IMG/VR virus record: IMGVR_UViG_3300048921_000363
Location: 1 to 64,000 of that record
DNA: 64,000 nucleotides
Source of the DNA: a virus
Strand: one strand, 5' to 3'
In this document: in pieces, positions 63,411 through 64,000 of the stretch
Layout of the letters: each line of letters opens with the position of its first letter
Numbering within the stretch: the first letter of the stretch is position 1
Program-made: the position numbers and the translations under genes
The notes under the pieces: generated by a model
Told to the model about the DNA's origin: nothing
The model's input: only the letters and a program-made list of their open reading frames with translations
The model's database searches: none

Positions 63411-63751
63411 ACCGAGAAACCGGCGCAGCCCTCGGCCTAGTCGAGCACATCGCCCAGTCCATCACCGACATCCTGACTACCCGCATCGGCACCCGCGTCA
63501 TGCGCCGCGAATACGGCAGTCTCCTGCCCGAACTGGTAGATCAGCCGTTCAACGACTTCACTCGCCTGCAGGTCTACGCGGCCACCGTCATGGCCCTGAT
63601 GCGCTGGGAAACCCGCATCAGCCTTAGCCGTATCCAGTTCATCGGTGCGAACCTTCAGGGTCAAGCGTCTTTAGAGTTTGAAGGCACCATCGTCGACAAT
63701 AATCAGCCGCTGAGCCTGAGCGTTCCTCTGCAACTGGGTGCCAGCGTATGA
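63407..63751 (+). CDS. Baseplate protein W
   Basis: HIAQSITDIL..IGTRVMRREYGS. Confidence 0.93.
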   Translation: MNRETGAALGLVEHIAQSITDILTTRIGTRVMRREYGSLLPELVDQPFNDFTRLQVYAATVMALMRWETRISLSRIQFIGANLQGQASLEFEGTIVDNNQPLSLSVPLQLGASV

Positions 63752-64000
63752 ACAACTTCACGGCGATCGACCTCAGCCAACTGCCCGCGCCGCAAGTCGT
63801 CGAACAGATCGATTACGAACAGATCCTCGCCGAGCGCAAGGCCTACGCCGTCAGCCTCTGGCCCGCCGAGGAGCAAGCCGAGATCGCTGCACGTCTCAAC
63901 ATGGAGTCGGAACCGCTCACCAAACTACTCGAGGAAAACGCCTACCGCGAAACCGTCTGGCGTCAGCGCGTCAATGAAGCATCCGTGGCCAATATGCTCG
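63748..64000 (+). CDS. Baseplate protein J (partial)
   Basis: IDLSQLPAP.VVE.IDYE, ESEPLTKLLEENAYRE. Confidence 0.92.
   Translation, partial: MNNFTAIDLSQLPAPQVVEQIDYEQILAERKAYAVSLWPAEEQAEIAARLNMESEPLTKLLEENAYRETVWRQRVNEASVANML

Larger units (their letters stand above)
49378..64000. mobile_element. P2/phiCTX-like prophage, left part (continues beyond window)
   Basis: att, cos, then Q P O N M L X, lysis, R S V W J in P2 order. Confidence 0.92.

Overview
Pseudomonas-like genomic window that is almost entirely mobile DNA stacked at the dusA integration hotspot. Two copies of a truncated dusA 5' end (…RRFSVAPMMDW, core CCGATGATGGATTGG at 5436-5450 and 49378-49392) split it into three elements. 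(1) 1-5450: a decayed dusA element with a frameshifted integrase remnant, a C4 antisense RNA cassette and an AT-rich four-gene defence-like cluster (sce7726-like nuclease, sce7725/beta-like protein, ABC ATPase, DUF4435/TOPRIM; the last pair is PARIS-like). (2) 5436-49392: an apparently complete ~44 kb prophage with a lambda-like head, P2/R-pyocin-like contractile tail, CI/Cro immunity, VapE primase-helicase and dusA-associated integrase. Its cargo includes a PIN protein, a Cas2/VapD-like protein, a nuclease-NACHT protein, umuDC, a Dam-like MTase and a KAP NTPase, plus a C5 MTase whose target-recognition region is six tandem repeats. (3) 49378-64000: the left part of a P2/phiCTX-like prophage (ori-like palindrome, cos, SOS-controlled SRAP moron, Q-P-O-N-M-L-X, lysis, R-S, DUF4145 moron, V-W-J). 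Best candidates for new biology: the multi-TRD MTase, the four-gene defence cluster, a LexA-controlled antisense RNA at the adenine MTase, and a +1 tail-chaperone frameshift. Family assignments are from motif recognition only; no searches were run.
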